The notes below the pieces were generated by a model. The model was not told where the DNA came from. It saw nothing but the letters and a program-made list of their open reading frames with translations, and searched no databases. Made by a program: the position numbers and the translations under genes. A stretch of DNA of 64,000 nucleotides from Malacoraja senta (Eukaryota), in the NCBI GenBank assembly GCA_038087875.1, contig CM075989.1, positions 10,728,001-10,792,000 of the forward strand. Reading direction: 5' to 3'. Within the stretch, counting starts at the first letter, position 1. Each line of letters opens with the position of its first letter. Positions 37,701 to 51,048 of this stretch are shown in pieces.

Positions 37701-39539
37701 TTATGGAATAGTAGAAGGAACGAAGGCTCAGGTTGGGATAGTCCAGAAGCTACAGTGGCGCGGTTGGCAGAGCTGGTTCCTCAGAGTCAGAGGCCCACGT
37801 CCGATCCTGACCTCGGGTACTGTCTGTGTGGAGTCTGCAGATTCTCCCTGTGACCATGTGGGTTTCCTCCTGGTGGTCTGGTTTCCACCCACATCCTAAA
37901 GACGTGCGGGATTATACGTTAATGGGCCTCTGTAATTTGCCCCGAGTGTGTAAAGAGTATTTGTTCAGTGTGGACTCAGTGGGCCTAAGGGTAGATTTTC
38001 TTGCTGTATCTCTAAAGTAAACTAAAGTCCAATTCCTCATAATGCTTCAATTTTCCTGAAGTTCTTAGATGTTCCTCCCAGTTCTGCCCCCATCGGTACA
38101 TTTGTCCAAAGGCCAGGAACGTTTACTTAACACCTTTCAGCCCGCATCTCCCACACTAGTTCGATGGTACAGACTGTGGGCTGGCCCACTCAGTTATAAT
38201 GATATTTATTTAAACCCCTCATTCCACAAATGCCAGCTCAAATATATTTATTTATTAACTCCACAGATTCCTGCAAATCCGTTGCTTGCACACAGCTATT
38301 TATTTTCACTTAGCTTACATGTGCAATCTCTGCATACTTCTGTGGTGGCCTGAGTTTACAGTGGTTTGAGGAAAGGCTCCCCACATCCTCTCTCTGGTTC
38401 CTGCATTCACAGTATGTTTACCAAACTCACCTCTTCTCCATTCATCCTCGGTTCAAGATACCCTCCCCCAGTCAGTCCCTTTTGCTGAGATCGCTTGCCG
38501 CCACAACTCGCTGTTCCACCCACGTTCGAACCCTCCACGTTTTGCAGCGGCTTGTTTTGATCAGGAACGCACCAGTTAATCGATGATTCAATGATCATTT
38601 TTGACAGGGAGTCAGGGAGACGTGATTTTTTACATCTCTCTTCGTTACCTCAGAATGTTCCAAAGTTGATTGCTGCAGAGTGTGAAACGCAACAGCCAAT
38701 GTATGTACAGAGATTGGACAAGCCCCAAAGTGATAATAATCAATAACGTTGAATAAGGAATAAATATCAGGCTAGATTTTCCACTGCCGTGAGATTGACA
38801 ATTGTGTGCGGCATTCACTCCACCTCCATTGGGTTGATGAATCACTCCTAGTGGCACAGCACAGTGCAGAAGGAGGCCATTCTGCTTTTGGGTCTATGCC
38901 AGCTTCCAGTAGAACCACTCTGGCGGTCCCAATCCACTTTCCCTCAAGTGCACGACCAATCCCAGGTGGGAAGCCACATCCCTGGAGAGGGTTTGGAGTA
39001 TTCCTCTCCACAGTAGATCCCTGGGACGAGGGACCTCTAGTAACGTGGGGTGGGTGTACTCCTCCGTGCAAGCAATTCCAAAGGAAGGTCCAAAAGAAGA
39101 ACACGGTGCACAAAGGAAGAGATTTATTTCGCTGTTACACCCTTGTACATCACAGGGTGTCTAGCTTGCACTCAAAGTGGTACTTGGTTGCTCCAGCAAA
39201 TAGTATGAAGTGGAATCCCTTTTGTAATGCAATTGGGTGCATTACCCCAGATTAGAAATGCTGGACAAATAATGTTTACTTTATTTTTGGCAGCTTTGGC
39301 ATCTAATGCATGCGTTGATGACTTATGACTTTGGGATTTCAAAGACCCTGAGATTTGAGCTGCCAGTGGGGATGAAGTTCAGGCCAGGTGATGGCCTGGA
39401 TTAGCTCATGTTCAGATTGTCCCACCTAATTAGATTCAGGCAATCTTCCTCTATTTAGGAAGCACAGCAACTAAATTGTGGGAAGGAAAATCCTAACACC
39501 TATCAATGCTATAGCATCCAGGTGTAAAATTGAAAGCCA

Positions 39540-39755
39540 TTAACCAGGGCACTTCAATGTAACTCCCCTGCTCTTCAATAATGGGAGCTTAACTTTCACC
39601 TGAGAGATCTGACAGGGCCTGGGTTTAATATCAGAAAGACAGCATCCCCGATAATGCTGCACTCGTGCCTCAGCCCAGCCCTTTCCACTGGAGTATCTCC
39701 AGTGAGACTTGAACCTTCAAACTTCCAGCTCAGGAATAGAGAGAAACCCACTGGG
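39540..39755 (-). mobile_element. Old Deu-domain SINE fragment
   Basis: Reverse complement contains GTGCAGCATTATCGGGGATGCTGTCTTTCTGATATTAAACCCAGGCCCTGTC...CTCAGGTG, resembling the Deu domain. Confidence 0.55.
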
Positions 39756-41559
39756 CTGGCCCAGCCGTGGTCCATGTGAGGTCAAAGATCAGAACTGGAT
39801 CTTAAACCAGAGTTTATGCCTGAGAATTATTGCCTTTACCAATTTAAAACCACATTATTTTTATTTTTAGTCATAGGATTGGGTTTCGCAGGTGTTCTAC
39901 ATTAATCATATCCCCCTCCCTTCAACCCTAATTTCTCTATAGAAGACGGTAATGGACAAACTCTCCTGGTCATGGTGGTCAATTAATCAAAGTGCTTCAT
40001 TTTCTACTCTGTTTGCCTTGCATGTATCTCTTCCCACCATGTCTCAACACTAGTTCCAGGAGTTCAATGCTCATGGGTCTTGGCATAATGTATTATTCTT
40101 CAAATGTATTATGTATTATTTGAAGATGTATTATTCTTCAAAGCTCTCGAAGCACCGTTGGTGAAAGGGAAAGAGAGAGCCTCAAAGCTCAGATGGAACT
40201 AGGCAGGCTCATTTGACACGACACCCAGTGCCCTGGTACCCAAACATCGCTCCGTGGAACCAGTAATGATGAAGGAAAGACGGTGTGTTTCCAAAAGAAG
40301 ACACAAAGTGCTGGAGTAATTCAGCCGGTCAGGCAGCATCTCTGGAGAACGTGGATAGGTGACATTTTGGGTCAGGACCCTTCTTCAGACAGATTGTAGG
40401 GCTGGAAGAGAGATGGGGCAGAAAAAAGCCGAGCAGATAATAGGTTGAAACAAGGAACCGCAGATGCTGGTTTACACAAAAAGACACAGTGCTGGAGTAA
40501 TTCAGCGGGTCATGCAACATCTCTGAAGACCATGGATAGGTGACATTTCCGGTCGGGACGCTTCTTCAGATTGTAGGTTGAGGGGGGAGATGCAGGAAAG
40601 AGCCTGGCAGGTAATCGTGTGATACATGTGAGGAGTGTGGATGATGAGTAAGAATTTAATTGTTCTATCTGGGACATATGGCAATAAAACACTTGATGAT
40701 CAACACAGAGAGAAACCTACACAGGGTTTGCTGCCCCTGTTCTTTATGGTAAAGTCCAGGGGTGTAGGAGGTTCTGTTGGCGTAGCCTGGTTGAATATGT
40801 GTGGTGCATTTTGTAAGTAGTAGACACTGTGTTGTAGACAATGGATGGAATATATTTAAGGTGAGGTTGGGGTGCCAATCAACCCAGTTGCTGTCTCCTG
40901 TTTCAAGCTCCTTGAGGTTTAATGCAACATGCATTCAAGACAATGAAAAACCTAGCAATATTGCAAATAAAATCGCAAGACAGCAGAGAGTTAAAAACAA
41001 GCTTGCTGTCTTGAACAATAATCCAAGATTCACAAGCTCACTGTTCCATTATCTGCATCACGCTAATTGCTCTGGTGGCTAAGTTGCATTAATGGTACTT
41101 GAACAGTCAATTACCTAAAATGCTCCATTTACAGAATCTAAAAATGTTCATTCATCTTGCGTGTATCGTTTCCCAACATGCCTCAGTGAACCCCAACCCA
41201 CCTTAGTCCCTTTTGAAAGGGAAATATGATTGTTGAAGCATTAACAGGCACTAAACACACTAATGCTAAAATCGCTCCGCAAATTAAATTTTAAATTGCA
41301 CCAGATTATAAGATGGCAACTTTAAATAAATAGGTCAATGTAAATGGGTAGTGGGGAATTTTGAGTCACCTTGACATTAGCTGCCGGTGTGGCCAACTGA
41401 TGTGCCTCACAGTAGAGCTGGGTGTATGACAGCCTGTCACTGTTTATTCGTGAATCAGCCTCTTGTGTGTTCTCCAGGTGCAGGTTCGTTACTCTGACAT
41501 AATAGTGGGGCAGCCATTACAATCCGTCAGATAAATCACAGCAGGGTAACCACTTTTAG

Positions 41560-42035
41560 TTTTTAACTTTTAGAGATACAGTGTGGAAACAACCCCCTTG
41601 GCCCACCAAGTCTGCAACGACCAGCGATCACCCATACATTGGTTCTAGCCCACATTATAGGGACAATTTACAGAAGCCAACTCACCTACAAACCTGGGAT
41701 AGACACAAAAAGCTAGAGCAACTCAGCAGATCAGACAACATCTCTGGAGAAAAGGAGTAGGTGACGTTTTGAGTCGAGATCCTTCTTCAGACCCCTGACT
41801 CTCAGTCTGAACAAGGGTCTTGACCCGAAACGTCATCTATTCCTTTTCTCCAGAGATGCTGCCTGACCCGCTGAGTCACTACAGCTTTTTGTGCCTATCT
41901 TCGTTTTAAACCAGCATCTGCAGTTCCTTCCTACAAAAACTACAAACCTGCACGTCTTTGGAATGGGGGAGGAAACCGGAGCACCAGGAGAAAACCGACG
42001 CGACCACAGGGAGAAGGTACAAACTTGGTACAGTT
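41560..42035 (-). mobile_element. HE1 SINE interrupted by a fold-back PLE derivative
   Basis: HE1 sequence resumes in register after 41939. Confidence 0.85.
41697..41939. mobile_element. Fold-back PLE terminal-repeat element
   Basis: Inverted arms of ~95 bp; exact 11-bp TSD CTACAAACCTG at 41686-41696 / 41940-41950. Confidence 0.88.
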
Positions 42036-42234
42036 ACATGTACAGCTCCGTACACGACAGTTGCACATAGCAGTGATAGCGTCCTACTCTGGAGGAGGCA
42101 TTATGGTTATTCAGGTTAGTTTACTGCCGTTTTGTGAACTCTCTCTCAATGCTTGTGACTCGTGAAACGATCCCTACTTATTTCTCCAAATAAAATCCAT
42201 AGCCTTTTCCCTTGTTGATACTCTGGAAGTCAAA

Positions 42235-43150
42235 CCAAGCCAGGACTGATGATCAACGGTAGGCCCCTAAGGAGTGTAGTGGAACAGAAGGGCCCAGGAG
42301 TAATCATACATGGTTCCCTGAAGATTGACAAATTGGTGAAGAGGCTTTTGGCATGCTGGCCTTCATCAGTCAGGGCACTAACTGTAGATGGTGGGATATG
42401 AAGTGCTGGAGTACCTCAGCAGATCAGGCAGCATCTCTGAAGAACATGGATAGATGACGTTTCGGTACAAGACCCTTCAGGCTGAAGAAGGGTCCCGACC
42501 CGAAACATCATCTATCTATGTTCGCCAGAGATGTTGCCTGACCCGCTGAGTTACTTCAGCACTTGGTGTCCTTTTGTGTAATCCAGCATCTGCAGTTCCT
42601 TGTTTCTACGTGGAACTTGGGATGTTATGTTGCAGTGGTGGTGAGGCCACACTTGGAGCATTATGTTCACATTCGATCATCTTGCTATTGGAAAGATGTC
42701 ATTAAACTGGGAAGAATGCAGAATAGATTTATGAGGATATTGCCAGGACTTGAGGGTCTGAGTTGTAGGGAGAAGTTGGACAAGCTGGGACTTTATTCCT
42801 TGGAATGTAAGAGACTGAAGGGTGATCTTATACAGGTGTATAAAATCATGAGGGGCATAGATAGGGTGAATGCACAGTCTTTTACCTGAAGTTGGGGAAT
42901 CCAGACAGAGGGCATAGATTTAAAGTGTGCAGGAAATGGTTTAGTAGGAACTCGAGGGGCAACATTTTCATACAGAGGGTGGAACTAGATGAAACGAGCT
43001 GGTTGGGGCAGGTTCAATAATAACATTAAAAGAAGCTTGTACAGGTACATTGACCAAAAAGGCTTTGAGGAATATGGGATAAACGCAGGCATACCAGACA
43101 AACTTGGTTGGGCATTTTAGTTGGCATGGGCCTGTTTCAGTGTTGCTGTC
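42235..43150 (+). mobile_element. Degenerate CR1 LINE, interrupted at ~42400-42610 by a fold-back PLE derivative
   Basis: ORF 42563..42889: VRPHLEHYV...LGRMQNRFMRILPGLEGLSCREKLDKLGLYSLECKRLKGDLIQVYKIMRG. Confidence 0.85.
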
Positions 43151-44504
43151 ATGTGTGATGTCATGTCGGGTGAGGAAATACTTCCCATTAGCTTGGATGA
43201 GTGCAGTTACAACCACAGTTAAGAAGTTGAACACGATTACTATAAAGCAGCCCACTCTATTGACCTTCAATTCATTGCCTAAATACCTCCCCACCAGAGC
43301 TGCAGTGTGTACTGCCCATACATGCACTGCAGTTACTCACCAGACTATCCTGACAGTACCTCCCAACATCTTCCACCCAGAAGAACAAGGGGAGCAGCTA
43401 TAGGGCAATAACATCATCATGGTTGCCCATCCAATGCACACCATCCTGATTTAGAAATATATGGCACTTCCTTCATCACTGTGAGACCTAAATCCTGGGG
43501 CACTCTCCCCGTAGGCACCATGAGAGCAGTAACTCCCAAAGACCCCAGCAATTCCAGAAGATGACACAGCACCTCCTTCTCAATTAGGGGTGGACAACAA
43601 ATGCTGGCCTTACATTTCTAATTGTGCCTTTTAATGCAGCAAATTATCATATGGCATTTTGGGGATTGTTTGACAAATGTGATGTGAGGGTTTGGTGTAA
43701 ATTCCTCTGGGGGAAAATGAGTTGGAGAGGTGTAGGGAGGGAATTCCAGAGCTCTAAGCCCAGGCAGCTCAACGAATGGTGGATGGTGACTTACAATTGT
43801 GGATGTACAGTTTGTCAGTATTGGTAGATCACGGAGGTGTTGAAGATTAAGAACATAAAAAGGACAGGAATAGATCAGGTGTTGCCATGAGCCTTCTCTG
43901 CTGTTCAGAGAGGTAATGGCTCTCTGAACCCAATACCTCACCTCAGCATTCAACCCAATCCCCATGCCCCGAGATCTCCAAGTTATTTTAAACCCGCCTG
44001 ATCCCAGACCTGATAATGCTCATCACCTGAACATCCTTAACCCCCAATTGGGAATTCCAAAGATTCACCAGCTTCTGTGCCAATTCATTCCTCCTCGTCT
44101 CAATCCATGGCTGACTCCTCATCTGGCGACCATGTCCCTGGTTCCTGTTCCACCCTGAGGAAACAACTCTTGGCGTCTACCTGACCAACAACTCTCTGGT
44201 TCCCACCGGTCTCAGTGAGATCACCACTGTTTCCCTAACTCCAGGAGGTACAGGTCAATGTTAGATAATCCTCAAAGGACAACTCCCCATCTCGGGAAAC
44301 TCTCTCGTGAACTTATCTAGATATAGACGCCTCGAAGCACTGGAAAAGCACCCCCAACACTAACACTCTGCCCAAGCGTCCAGGCTTGGGGATGGAGAGG
44401 ATCTCAGACATGCAAGGTATTTGAATCAACAGATGTGGCAAACGTGTTTCCATATTGGGTTCAACACATATAGACTGTCATTAATAAATATATAAGCGAA
44501 ACAA

Positions 44505-44765
44505 GAGAGTTGTGAATTTCACCCAGAGAGTTGTGAATTTGTGGAATTCCCTGCCGCAGAGGGCAGTGGTGGCCAAATCACTGGATGGATTTAAGAGAGA
44601 GTTAGATAGAGCTCTAGGGGCTAGTGGAATCAAGGGATATGGGGAGAAGGCAGGCACGGGTTATTGATTGGGGGCGATCAGCCATGATCACAATGAATGG
44701 CGGCGTTGGCTCGAAGGGCCGAATGGCCTCCTCCAGCACCTATTTTCTATGTAAGTTCTATGTAA
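44505..44765 (+). mobile_element. CR1 LINE 3' end
   Basis: CCCAGAGAGTTGTGAATTTGTGGAATTCCCTGCC...GGCTCGAAGGGCCGAATGGCC tail. Confidence 0.85.
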
Positions 44766-46444
44766 CTCCCCAGAGAGTGATGACAATATAGAACTTGCTA
44801 ACACAGAAGAATGGCTCAGTTTAAAAGAGAGCAGGATAAACACAAGAAGAGGCGTGGACGGGTGTGTTGATGGAGTTGAGAGGGTGAGGATGAAGTAATA
44901 TGGGAATAGTCCTGACTATTCATTTAATTCTGTGTGCGAAGTTACAGCTTAGACATATGCCACTGTGGGAAGTACAAAGAGATATTTCTTGGGAGCCTTT
45001 TATTTGAGAGCTCAATTTTCCCCTTGTTGTTCAGTAACAAGGTTAGACCGAGACAGCTAATAAGAGCAGAGGGCACTGTTTACTTCACACACTGCATTTC
45101 TTCTACACACGACATTTCAGCTGTGGAATCAATTGAAAAAAATAGCTAGTTAATCGTCATGAGCAGCAGAACTTGTGTTGGGGTTTAATGTAGATCCAAG
45201 TATGCCAAGAGGTATTCTTGCATGCTGTCCAATTAACATGAAAATGCATTGGCGCAGTTTGGAGAACAGTTGGAATAATAGAGTCTTAACCTTCTCCGAT
45301 TCAAAGCCTAACCTCCTTGGTTCCTTGTTATGAGAGAAGGTTAGGTTTGTGTCACAGAATGTTTCCATAGCAACAGTGCTAGGCACTCAACTCACATTGC
45401 ACATTAATAGAACAACTCAAGTGACAGCATACAATTTCAAAATGACACTTTACAAATTATGTATCCATATAAAAGTTTTGAGAGAGTCTGTCATACTTCA
45501 TTTTGAATGCCTCATTCTAGATGTCACAATGATGTGTGTCAAAGGCACACATGTATATTGAAAAATAAATATACGTAGGCAGTTATATAGCGCTGTTTCT
45601 TTTTACTGACCAAGATTAAGTTTACAAGAGCTTTCTCATCTGCTGAGCCTTCCTCCCCAACACTGCAATTAAATCTTGGTGACCACAAGTTGTGAAGATT
45701 TCAGCACATTGACTTTGTCTTAAAGCCTTAGTGACAGAATTACCTAATTAGTAGAATATTACGGCTTGCTGCAAGCTTTACTACTCCAACATCACAGGGG
45801 ACTTGTTAATATATGGATTATTGACTGTAACATTTTAGAGAAAAACTACTGTTGTAACCTGCAATTTTCTGTTCTTTCCAAATTAACAACATAAGAGACT
45901 AGAGATGCTAGGATCTTGAGCAAAAACAAAGTGCTGGAGGAACTCGGGACCAGGCAGCATCGGTGAAGGGAATGGACAAACGACATTTCAGGTCGCGACC
46001 GTTTGAAACGGGGTACTGATTGGGAATGATCAGCCATGATCACATTGAATGGCGGTGCTGGCTCAAAGGGCAAACTGGCCTACTCCTGCACCTATTGCCT
46101 ATTGTCTATTGTCATTTCGCTCCACAGATGGCCCCTGACCCGCTGAAATGCTCCAGCACTTTGTTTTTTGCGAACAATTTCTATTCTTTTTTGCAAAAGA
46201 TATTTGCAACAACATCAGGTTCTCATTTTAAAGGTGTTCGTTGGTGATGTTACCACAAATAAAGAATTTATTTTTGGATAAATGAAGATACACAAATCTC
46301 CATCAAATCTATCACAATCTACAACATGTAAGTATGAGGACGTCAGACCCTCCCTTAAACCTGGCCGAAGCTCTATTTCAGTCTTATACTTTCCCCACAA
46401 TGATTGATAGAGTCTCACCTTTGAACGAGTCTGCCCTTACATGT

Positions 46445-46652
46445 GTAAGAAGGAACTGTAGATGCTGGTTTAAACCGAAGATAGACATAAAAGCTGGAGT
46501 AACTCAGCGGGTCAGGCAGCATCTCTGGAGAGAAGGAATGGATGACGTTTCGGGTCGAGACCCTTCTTCAGACTCGAAACGTCACCCATTCCTTCTCTCC
46601 AGAGATGCTGCCTGTCCCGCTGAGTTACTCCAGCTTTTTGTGTCTATCTTCA
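46445..46652. mobile_element. Fold-back PLE derivative with an intact hammerhead-like core on the minus strand
   Basis: 46543-46571(-) reads CTGAAGAAGGGTCTCGACCCGAAACGTCA; TSD GCCCTTAC(A/T)TGT at 46433-46444 / 46653-46664. Confidence 0.85.
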
Positions 46653-46789
46653 GCCCTTACTTGTACCCTGTAGGTTTAGGTTTATTATTGTCACGTGTAC
46701 CGAGGTACAACGAAAAGCTTTGTTTTGCATGCAATCCAATCAGATCAGATAGTACTGTACCCGGTGTTACAAAGGCTGATCAAATGTTG

Positions 46790-47105
46790 GCGACGCAGTG
46801 GTGCATCTGGTAGAGCTGCTGCTGCTGCTGCACAGAGCTGGAGACCTGGGTTCGATCCTGACTTTGGGTGCCAACTTTGTGGAGTTTGCACGTTCTCCCT
46901 GTGACAGCATGTGTTTCCTCCGGGTGCTCCGCATTCCTCCCACATCCCAAAGACGTGCAAGGTTGTAGGTTAATTAACCCTCTGTAACTTGCCTCTATTT
47001 TGCAGGGAGCGGATGCCAAGGTGGGATAACGTAGAAGTCGTGGTTAGTGTGGACTCTATGTGCTCATGGGGCAGTTTCCATGCTGTAGCTCCAAACTAAA
47101 CCAAC
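46790..47105 (+). mobile_element. HE1-type V-SINE
   Basis: GGGTTCGATCC B-box and V-domain GTGGAGTTTGCACGTTCTCCCTGTG. Confidence 0.8.
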
Positions 47106-49417
47106 ACAAAATGGAGATCAATCACAAACATGTGAAAAGAAAAACTGATTCGAGAAACTAATGTATGAAAATAAGTTGATCTGTGACCACATTGACGTTC
47201 TATCTACAGGATATGGGACGCACCAGTTACTGGTGCTTCAAAGAGACCAACTACAGCCAAAGTACATCCACCTATTGTTAACTGAATGAGACAATAGCAG
47301 TGGGGTGGCCAAAAATTATGCTGTATGTTTTATTCATCTTTTTCCTGCCACATTTGTGAAAGTATTCTAGTCTGATCAGCATCAACTTTCCTCAAAGAGA
47401 ATCTGGTCCTTGTTAGTTTTTACAAGAGGATTTCCTGTTATGGTTTTGAAATTGTTGCAGGAACACACAGATCAAGATTTATTTATCCCTGATGTTAAGT
47501 TTAGAAACCGGATGGATTTCAGCATGGATCCATAGACCCATATGGGGAGAAAGCAGGAATGGGGTATTGATTGTGGATGACAACATTGAATGGCGGTGCT
47601 GGCTCGAGGGGCTGAATGGCCTACTCCTGCACCTATTGTCTATTGTCATTCATCAGGGATGCAATGTTGCATTGACGCAATTCGTCTCCTGCAGGGTTCT
47701 GCAGTCGCAGGTAGCAGTGACGAGTCTCGTCACTTATATAAAATGCACTCAACATAATAAACCTCCCTCAGGTGCTAGGCAGGAATGTTATCAAACAAAA
47801 TTCAACACTGAGAGACAGAGGAGATAATAAGGCAGGTGATTTACAGCTTAGTTGAAGAGTTCAGCTGAAGAGGCATCTTAAGGAAAATGAGAGAAGTGAA
47901 TAGTTTAAGGAGGGAATTCAAGAGCTTGACTTCTTGGCCAGAAGGCACAGCTGCTAGTGGTGGAATGATTAAATTAGGGAGTTTCAGGAAGCCATGAGTT
48001 GGGAAACAAAAAGTTTGACAGTGCCAGTAGAAGCTCAACGAATCAATCATGTTCATTTTTTTTCTTTTATAAATTAATTTGCAATGAGCTATTCATTCAT
48101 GCTTCTAAATCGCAAAGCAAAGAAGCTTGAACTGATCAATATTTCCTCATAGGGCAATTTCCATATCCCAGGAGTAAATGTAATGAACCTTTGCTGAATT
48201 GCCCCTGAGGCATTTATATCTTCCCTGAGCTAAGAAGATGAAACTCTTAAGTTTAACATTTTCGAGGCCAAAAAAACTGTTTGATTAGGACTTTATCAAC
48301 CATACTAAATATTGATTCCTTCCCCCACCACTGTGTTTGCAGTGTGCATCAAATACAAAATACACTGCAGATATCTGTCCAGGTCACTCTGGCAGCATCG
48401 TCCCAACCAGCAACTTCTATCATTAAGCAAAAGCAGCAGATGCATGGGTCCTGCGTCATCCTTGGGTGTAAATCCTGGATCTCGTTGTCTAATGGCATCG
48501 GGAGAGTGCTTCCACTAACATCAGCTCAGGAAGGCAGCTCACCACCATCTCCCAAGGGCAGTATGAAAACACGACCATTAGTGAGTAGAGGTAGAGGTTG
48601 GCCACTCAGCCTCTCAAATCTGCCCTGCGATTCAATGTGATCACCACTGATCAGACCCTTGCCTCAATTCTTGCCATTTCCCCATACCCTTCAATTCCCT
48701 TATGTCCATTTTCTAATCTTGCAAAAATGTACCAGTCCTCTCGTTAAATACCTCCAATGATCTGCATGGTCATGACTCAGTGATGGAGATGGAATCAGCA
48801 GTCGCTCGGCTGTCAAAACCTCTCAATCTCTTTCTGACATCTCCTCTATGGTTATAACTAGTATTCCTACCTTTCAGATTCCATCTCTCCTTGCAACATC
48901 TCATTTTGCGTCCTAATTATTTCCAGTATGTTCCCACTGACTCTCTGTGTTTCTTGTTCAAGGACATACAAGAGTTGAATGCCAACACTCATTAGTCTCA
49001 CACCATTTAAACAATTTTCTGATTTTCTAGTCATTCTAGCAAAGCTGATAACTTCGCCCACATTATGCTCCATCTGGCAGCTTTTCACCCACTCAATTAA
49101 TTTTGTGACCTCCTTGTAACTTACCATTGCACCTGTCTCTCTATCATCAGCACGCTTGAATCCAGTCTCTTCCGAAGATAGACACAAAATGCTGGAGTAA
49201 CTCAGCCGGTCAGACAGCATCTCTGGAGAAAATGAATAGATGACGTTTCGGGTCGAGCCCCGTCTTCCGACTGAGGGTCAGGGAAGAGAGAAAGTAGAGG
49301 TCACCCAGATGCTGTGGGCAAGTTTTCACTGGTGAAGACCTGAACGTGAGAGCGTAGCCTCAGGATAAAGGGATAGTCGTTGAAGATTGATGTGATCTAT
49401 GGATACTGAGTTATTTA

Positions 49418-49637
49418 AGGGTCTGTCCCACTTGGCTGTCATTTGCACGTCACGCAGATGGCGTGCAAAGATTTTGTACATCACAAAATCCTGCGATGCC
49501 GCGCGTCACTGCCTACGTCATCGCGCACCATGCGCGCGTAATGCACACCATGCGCGCATCACGTGCGTGTCACGTCGTGATGCGTAAATGATGTTGCGTA
49601 AATTACACGCAAATGACGGCCAAGTGGGACAGGCCCT
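49418..49637. mobile_element. CpG-rich Harbinger-type MITE (220 bp) inside a decayed CR1 tail
   Basis: TIRs AGGG(T/C)CTGTCCCACTTGGC(T/C)GTCATTTG; flanks TTA / TAA. Confidence 0.8.
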
Positions 49638-50273
49638 TAAGTGTTTTCAAGGCTGGGACAGCCAGAATTCTTTGGGCTATAAGGGAATCCAAGGTCAAGT
49701 TTACTGTCAAGGTTTACTGTCAAGACAGTGAGGTACAGATACAAAGAAAATCCAATAAGCAGCATCACAGGCAAATAGAGACCAACAATGCACAAAACCA
49801 TAAATTAAACATGAATTACACCTAAATAACACATAAAGTATACAAGACAGAGTAAAGAAAAAGGACTGTGCTAAAAAGAGAGATGAGAGGTTAGAGAAGG
49901 TGCATGTGAACCTCTGTCTACCAGGAAGGACAAGTCAAGGGAGGAGGTGTAAGGACAGGTGTTGCATCTCTTGCAGTTGCAGGGGAAAGCAAACAAAAAA
50001 TATCATCAGCTGATAGTCAATGTTGGTTGAGAAATGGCAGCCTTGGTTACAGGCTTGCTGACTCTTGTTGGTGCAATGCCAGTTTCATCGTATATCCTGG
50101 ATTAAACAGCACGCTTCTATCCTTCTCTCCCTCTCCATTGTGGGTTGACATGACCATCTTTGATGCATCACGCCTTCCAATGTCCACCTGGAAATGGACA
50201 CGACTCCTCATTGTCCTTTGGTGGATTCTACATAACAACATTCCTCTTCTTTATAATAGATTAAGAACATTAA

Positions 50274-50850
50274 ATCATAATCATAATCACACTTTATTAG
50301 CCAAGTATGTTTTGCAACATACGAGGAATTTGTTTGCCATATGGTCATACAAATAAAAAGCAACAGAACACACAAAATACATTTTAACATGAACATCCAC
50401 CACAGTGACTCCTCCACATTCCTTACTGTGATGGAAGGCAAAAAAAAAAGTTCCATCTCTTCCCTTCTTTGTTCTCCCGCGGTCAGGGGCCTCGAGCCTT
50501 CCGTTGACAGGACGATCTTGACTCCCGTAGCCGGCGGCGGGCCTCCTCGTCAGGACAATCAAGCTCCTGCTTCGATGGGGATGTCAGCTCCCCACGCCGG
50601 CGATTGGACCCCGGGTCAGCGCTGGTCGAACATCGTGCGGTTTTGGAGCTCCCGACTTGGCCCCTCCCGAGACTGCGAGCCCTTGGTGTTAAAGTCCGCA
50701 GGCTGCGGTTGGAGCATCGATCCCAGGCAAGGGATCAGCTCCGATGTAAGTCCACGTCCCCGCGGTGGGGTTCAAAGTCAGTCCCGAGCAAGGCCTCCAG
50801 CTCTATGATGTTAGGCCGCAGAGCGACGAGATAGAATCGCAACTCCGGCA
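50274..50850 (-). mobile_element. Second copy of the GC-rich non-autonomous retroelement
   Basis: Shares AACATGAACATCCACC(A/C)CAGTG...GGAAGGCAA, GGCAAGGGATC and TAGGCCGC blocks with 1073-1866; (ATTATG)n tail on the minus strand. Confidence 0.6.
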
Positions 50851-51048
50851 ATGAAGAACAGATTCCATTTAGCAAAAGTTTCAATGATTTTACTCTTGAG
50901 TGTTTCCATCTTCAGAGTTCCTGGGAATTCCAGGACACCTCCCAAAGCTAACAAAGCTCAAATACTGAGAAGTTTAGGTTAGTTTAGTGTAGTTTATTGT
51001 CACATGTACCGAGGTACAGTGAAAAGGTTTTGTTGCATGCTAACCAGT

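Noticed and set aside
41697..41939. Fold-back elements as DNA-transposon MITEs or miRNA genes
   Set aside because: Arms are asymmetric, TSD length varies from 8 to 15 bp and the sequence derives from the PLE terminal repeat. A miRNA cannot be supported without small-RNA data.
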